Source: a virus (lineage: Duplodnaviria; Heunggongvirae; Uroviricota; Caudoviricetes). From it: 64,000 nt of DNA. The position numbers and the translations under genes were made by a program. The notes under the pieces were generated by a model. The model was not told the DNA's origin and ran no database searches. It saw nothing but the letters and a program-made list of their open reading frames with translations. The DNA is taken from IMG/VR virus record IMGVR_UViG_3300028048_001599; one strand, given 5' to 3'. Numbering within the stretch: position 1 is the first letter of the stretch; every line of letters begins with the position of its first letter. Shown piece after piece: positions 61,001-64,000 of this stretch.

Positions 61001-61016
61001 AAAACCGTTGTTATAA
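55086..61016 (+). CDS. Giant polytopic membrane protein, VirB6/TraG-like mating-channel candidate
   Basis: 1976 aa with signal peptide, TM clusters near residues 865-910 and 1570-1745, and a Gly/Gln/Asn-rich tail. Flanked by peptidoglycan hydrolases. Start may be GTG 55104. Confidence 0.6.
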   Translation: MIGVVYVRKLRKTIKIGVSLLLSVAILLCSGIVVYADEPTETDSGGTATRGNYSTMAGNMLKNFADGGEGSLTIDKISATEFRAWGVLVSNYVIPFYTNPTDITKDLDLKDSSGEKKFNVWKHLCKIWQKSGKDEAPDSSLLAQLRQKYQACFATDKMQKIYLDSSNEVAKVGDLITNDNILSNTDMLYWKDGSSKKYIFNMGTYNDKAVCALVRSVNCKTALDQDMLGKDLFISCFGDICASKGGNDVTVIIPACLNPYSFGKDGTKFMMNNMFVLGNFLSRDNITTDIKSNDNGGNLFDSDGKVTDHATCTGNETTTYGSYFYGRKIGASSWLSIFLHISSDSMVPYLQRARDGIKVDNSDGDVFVAGLSRYHPKDGCRDTDLAQGVDSYLAFTQPLWSIGTLKYIADETSYKNVIGITGRSKLVDSDKIFYNNNDKGIFTRSSELASNISSLNSTLFTYNYTKEGNLFGWSSTDSINHEKLNDKYGIVDKTYFQAQIGGFGVAKDTSGKIKVSYKDNGADKEKQIHGSINDYTSLFNEVDKNSNNEARYVTMFLAGQYVDDAVDSTGQGFTDNRIKSVDRLTCFQIPVDKTISKLGIFNTIANSDTANFKTIKAINYTDVGEGSQLKKYHSKAINYKSQGNNAAANSDYNNAVAMPESLYALNCQDLKSSNAVKLSDGGLYLASDRNLFANIYWAYIEDIVGITAEDIEKAIANGSEVKAQKISTELPPVPDSSDFASDLEAQLSSSEVADEVAEAANSELEKKQASIIDWTYKILSGGTSGALADAGQYVISWLKSLVDGLFLGMHNAMVGIDVTNGLTGTVKGIGNTNQSGVYSTAVGYITTPTFDSLPITSWVTNNFTIMYVALMLLVVVILIFMVVSKARRIPQAVGVFIVMAFVLVLPANLLNNSINISNMAAEKIYSEKFMYWAVMQHAEYLVNQGKADNVDQQILADNMSRQAEATKTGGVTVKWLCPKKWGITEQIKSVTKNTKGLGLFLYFAGDILDGEDYSYNISSDGTYLYRSYTAIFVEAKGLQKSLDETNKNYSDKLSAISPKIRAEWNGSNKAKYGAVTLTKSDGKSGSYTLANKTTENGSVKTVTPDTNLFRFKTIRGDTFFRAALGQNSIDKDGKSKVYPDGYYDSYYGSNGIMKVKNNTFKSNNRIYSMYLDSNLTSAVFNFNVNNVSWNPITKAKKCGLWISDDNRVAVDEEVDANIYKEGVRTFLDYSESPYYYFYNVFSDTTIKTDNNDTISGADDFVTLLLSDEFFTVTDQKSKAYGEVKDYLDLEGLFTYIIPFLDYANQDAAKYFQKWGYDVKRTDIEETSETSKKETSKQESSKKETSKPESSKPESSTEETSEEVEEETPKTQAELDYEEHKSQNQAVWNLYSPWVNALMDANNKVQTANSGYGQVTILEACNPADYTYNNRPMAYSPAEKQLRGYADIDLTTVEYKLQKVLKETREDLIELLNYKDLTGEGVPEGNDILISAAAMIATFHFNQEFSDTGFMSTNIQMYPVSFELKNMNYDAYLRLIMGNSMGVNQVKLMKNKSTANQTIYETFVHNTSAVSAIILILVDAMGVFVIPIMKILLIAIIFFLALALSISCIINAPEKLLPTIINTFVLPVLGMISIFTMHAIVVSWFIGDGASGVIDSHSIAITTGDPTITLLLLLIVDVVTSILMWKLLKYAAVSTVKYIKATFSGIKDMATNLFGNIVGSIGAVAGVGTLAVGTAGLVGKAATATAKVGAGVVKAGVGHHRAKVQKEIAKNTRNNGNGQGNRTENGQGNGNGQGQGQAQGQGQGQAQAQGQGSGQNNNSSGNNSTVSSDNNSNGDNNSNGNSTNAKMSSENKQQMELKKTNETLKEISGKLDRVSFSRSVGGSPANPMTGSPFKADLENAQKTESGIYVSNNSGKNGTTNTESKKTKINSASPARAAQNYGNSSTASNFDFGFGNKEPSGNSAKPVKLFGADGKPLL

Positions 61017-61029
61017 GGAGGTATTGTAA

Positions 61030-64000
61030 ATGATTTTAAGTACAATACTTCGGGTAACACGAAATGCAGCTAGAGCAGCAGCTAAAAGTGGTAAGAAGTT
61101 AGTAAATGGGGTAGCAAGTACTAGACGTACCGTCAGTGGTGAAACTACTGACGGTAACGTCAAATCTAATGATACTTTAATGAATAAGTTCAAAACAAAG
61201 AATAAGAAGTTAAGAAAACTCAAGTCAATGAAAAAAGTAGGTAAGAGTTCTAAAAAAGTAGCTTCTAATCTTTTTATACTTGCAGTTGGTTTTGTTGAGG
61301 ACATATTATCATTACTTTTTGGTTCTGCATTAATATTTATGCTTATTTTATGTACACTCATTCCAGTTTTGGCTGTTGTAATAATGGGAACAATAGATGG
61401 GGTATCAAGTATATCGACATCAGGTGATAATTTCACTACAACAGGTGGAAGTGGAGGTGTTCAGATAACTGACCCTTCTACATATGATTGGTGGGGTAAT
61501 AAGGAACAAAATATGAGGCTTCTTACAGATGACTATGATAAAGAACTTTACCAGTTAATAATGATGAATATGGACTTAGCACAATACTCGCACAGTGATA
61601 CAAGTGTTGATAATTTATGGAATGGTACATTTGGTGTGGGTATTTTATACGCCGAAATGGGTGGTGGTATATCCTCAAAAATAGTGAATTTTCATGAGGG
61701 TACGGAAGCTGAGAAAAATCAACTTAAATATGAAAAGTGGAACTATGTATTTGCACCGTTCTGTTTGGGTTATTCATCTGACTATCTTGGTGATGGACCT
61801 GTAGGTTTATCATGGGGGTTACCAAAGAAAGATGTAAGTTATGAGTACAGTCATTATGAAATTAAAAATGTTAATAAAAAGTGGTTGGACGATAGTGCTA
61901 CTGGTACAAGTAGTTATCATGGTACTTATAATGATAATCAAAAATACGCTATATGGACGACTCCTGGTAGTTTGAAATGGTCATACTATAATACAATTGC
62001 ATATTCTTATACAGACTGGCGAACAGAAGCGTTCGACAGGTGGGGTGTTGAAAAATCTGATGAAAACTTATATAATATAGCTACATGTGATTATTATGCA
62101 AAACACCATGGACATGCAGCCGGAAATAAAGATGAAAAAGCAGTACTTGAATATATGTTAGCATTGTATAATTATGTAGATAAGGACTTAAATAATGTGT
62201 ATATTGTGGATAGTTCAGGTAAACTAGCAAAAGATGAAGGACACGCAATATATAGGGAAGTGTTAGCTAATGATTTTGGAAAGACTTCATCAAACTACAT
62301 CAAAGTAATACACGATGGCAAGGAACACACATTCAAAGGTTCAGGTGACGATTTATTGGGTAAAGCACTTTTAGATTGGGCTAAAAGTGAAAACCCATCT
62401 GGTTATAAAAAATTAAAAGAGGCTATAGATTATGGTAGCGATGGCGCACCTGGTTTCAATGGTAATACATTGTTCTCATCAAATGTAAGTAACTGTATTG
62501 GTATTTATTTAATAGGTTCAACTCTTGTGAAATATATGGTTGAAAAATTAGGTTTAACATTTGACGTTGCAACAACAGACAACAGTAACTTCCCAGGTGG
62601 TACACAGACAGCGAAGAATGTGGTAGCAGTGATGACTGATTTATATAACAAGCATGGTGCTAAATCTTCGGATAAGTGGACAATGGGATATAATCAATTA
62701 TTAAATTCTAACGGTAGTAAAGCAACTAATTTTAATACTGAGTGGTGTGCAATGTTTGTAAATACAGTACTCAATACGGCAAAGATAAACGGTAGCACAA
62801 AGACAGTAGCTCAAGGATTACACGATGTAACTAATGACCTATTCCCATCTGGTGCATGTGCCGAAATGGGGTATGGTAATTCACGTAAATATGATTCTTT
62901 GTTTACGTCAACAAGTGGACTTTCAAATCGAGCGGAAATCACAAAATCGGGGTATGTGACAGCACACTATGGTGGTCAAGAGCTTAGTGGTAAAAATGCA
63001 ACTAAAGATTATAAAGGTGAAATTAGTAAAGAATCATTATACAAGCCTAAAGCTGGTGATATAATTGTATTTTCTTTTGGAAATCATGAATTTTATGACC
63101 ATGTTGGTATGGTTCGAGAAGATAGTGAATCATTTTATACTGTAAATACAATTGAGGGAAATACAAATGATGATAATGAAAATTACGGTGCTGGTGGTTG
63201 GTTAAATACGCGAGGTTATAGTAATAGCACTAGTATTTGTATGTACCTCGAAATAAACTACCTTGCACTTGAAGAAAAATTCGGTACACCATCAATAAAG
63301 ACTGGTGGCTCTGGTGGAAAATTAGACATTAATAAATATGTTGAAACTCAGGCTAAGACGTTAGGTAACGATTCAACACTTAGTGGTTGTAGTCAGGTTC
63401 TTGATGTAGTTACATCAGGTACATCAGCGAAACTTACAGTTTACAATAAGTCTAACGGTAAATGGACAAAAGGTGGTTTAGTTGACGCTAGTGGATTCAT
63501 AGGAAAAGACGGGGTAGGTTCTAAAGACTCAAACGCTAATGAGAGTTGTTCAAAAACGCCATTTGGTGCATATTATCTTGGCGTAAACTTTGGTGGATTT
63601 GGTATTGCTCAAAGTGGTTTAAAGATTGACTGGAAGAATGTGTCGTCAAAACAATCATATTGGGGTTCGTCTAATAACTCAAAGCATTTAAACAAATTCT
63701 ATCAGGCTTCTTCGGCGGAGACGAGTGCTGATGAAAACTTAACAAGTATATGTAATAGTGGTGCTTATAAGTATTCTATACTTATAGAATATAACTACGG
63801 TAATAATGCTAAAAAAGGTGGCGGTTCAGCGTTCTTCCTACATGTAGGTAGTAACCCAACCGCAGGATGTGTAGCAACATCAGAGTCTAATATGAAGAAA
63901 ATTGTTGATTGGATAGATAAATCAAAGAAAACAAGGATACTTATTCATCCTGAGGACTCAAAAGTAATTGCTGTAGCAACAGTATCTACAGGCGGTAGTT
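61030..64000 (+). CDS. Membrane-anchored multidomain cell-wall enzyme: CHAP amidase + YkuD L,D-transpeptidase (3'-truncated by the window; missing from the ORF track)
   Basis: AAGGAGGT RBS, ATG 61030, frame open to 64000. Basic N-terminus + TM, then WCAMFV (62743)...PKAGDIIVF...HVGMV...TIEGN (CHAP), then KTPFGAY...GSAFFLHVGSNPTAGCVA (YkuD). Confidence 0.85.
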   Translation, partial: MILSTILRVTRNAARAAAKSGKKLVNGVASTRRTVSGETTDGNVKSNDTLMNKFKTKNKKLRKLKSMKKVGKSSKKVASNLFILAVGFVEDILSLLFGSALIFMLILCTLIPVLAVVIMGTIDGVSSISTSGDNFTTTGGSGGVQITDPSTYDWWGNKEQNMRLLTDDYDKELYQLIMMNMDLAQYSHSDTSVDNLWNGTFGVGILYAEMGGGISSKIVNFHEGTEAEKNQLKYEKWNYVFAPFCLGYSSDYLGDGPVGLSWGLPKKDVSYEYSHYEIKNVNKKWLDDSATGTSSYHGTYNDNQKYAIWTTPGSLKWSYYNTIAYSYTDWRTEAFDRWGVEKSDENLYNIATCDYYAKHHGHAAGNKDEKAVLEYMLALYNYVDKDLNNVYIVDSSGKLAKDEGHAIYREVLANDFGKTSSNYIKVIHDGKEHTFKGSGDDLLGKALLDWAKSENPSGYKKLKEAIDYGSDGAPGFNGNTLFSSNVSNCIGIYLIGSTLVKYMVEKLGLTFDVATTDNSNFPGGTQTAKNVVAVMTDLYNKHGAKSSDKWTMGYNQLLNSNGSKATNFNTEWCAMFVNTVLNTAKINGSTKTVAQGLHDVTNDLFPSGACAEMGYGNSRKYDSLFTSTSGLSNRAEITKSGYVTAHYGGQELSGKNATKDYKGEISKESLYKPKAGDIIVFSFGNHEFYDHVGMVREDSESFYTVNTIEGNTNDDNENYGAGGWLNTRGYSNSTSICMYLEINYLALEEKFGTPSIKTGGSGGKLDINKYVETQAKTLGNDSTLSGCSQVLDVVTSGTSAKLTVYNKSNGKWTKGGLVDASGFIGKDGVGSKDSNANESCSKTPFGAYYLGVNFGGFGIAQSGLKIDWKNVSSKQSYWGSSNNSKHLNKFYQASSAETSADENLTSICNSGAYKYSILIEYNYGNNAKKGGGSAFFLHVGSNPTAGCVATSESNMKKIVDWIDKSKKTRILIHPEDSKVIAVATVSTGGS

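Noticed and set aside
311-61436. All minus-strand ORFs in the track (e.g. 5700..6131, 11269..11745, 45618..46289, 59774..60343, 61011..61436)
   Set aside because: They lie antisense to well-supported + strand genes, lack RBSs and have no recognisable motifs. They are shadows of codon bias.
708-63516. GGGGTA as merely a Shine-Dalgarno variant, G-quadruplex or DNA-uptake sequence
   Set aside because: Most copies are deep inside ORFs, G-runs are isolated rather than clustered in fours, and uptake sequences are not confined to one strand.

Overview
AT-rich DNA in which every credible gene lies on the + strand. It reads as part of a very large mobile element (megaplasmid, or phage-plasmid/jumbo-phage-like) of an anaerobic Firmicute. 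Ruminococcus-type signal peptides and sigma-A promoters point to that host group (inference). From left to right: a large surface protein, FtsH, an AAA ATPase plus PD-(D/E)XK nuclease, several large hypothetical proteins including a very acidic repeat protein, a GIY-YIG nuclease and an MmeI-like type IIL restriction-modification enzyme, and an XRE-HTH/TnpB pair. Next come about 15 kb of small leading-region-like genes (SprT, DUF6927-like), DnaX and an HU-like protein. The window ends in a conjugation-like membrane cluster: five proteins with paralogous pilin-like two-TM modules, a 1976-aa VirB6-like protein and a CHAP + L,D-transpeptidase protein that runs off the end. The strongest unexplained signal is the hexamer GGGGTA, seen about 125 times by eye on the + strand, in all codon phases and between genes, with no TACCCC found. 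Second, the parts of an IS200/IS605/IS607 system are dispersed and apparently domesticated: a stand-alone omegaRNA-like scaffold behind a perfect promoter (~7320-7450), a catalytically dead IS607-TnpA-like protein (13950-14483) and a transposase-less TnpB with an intact triad (27783-28898). No rRNA, tRNA, CRISPR array, phage structural gene, relaxase or VirB4 was recognised. All family assignments come from motif recognition by eye, not database searches.
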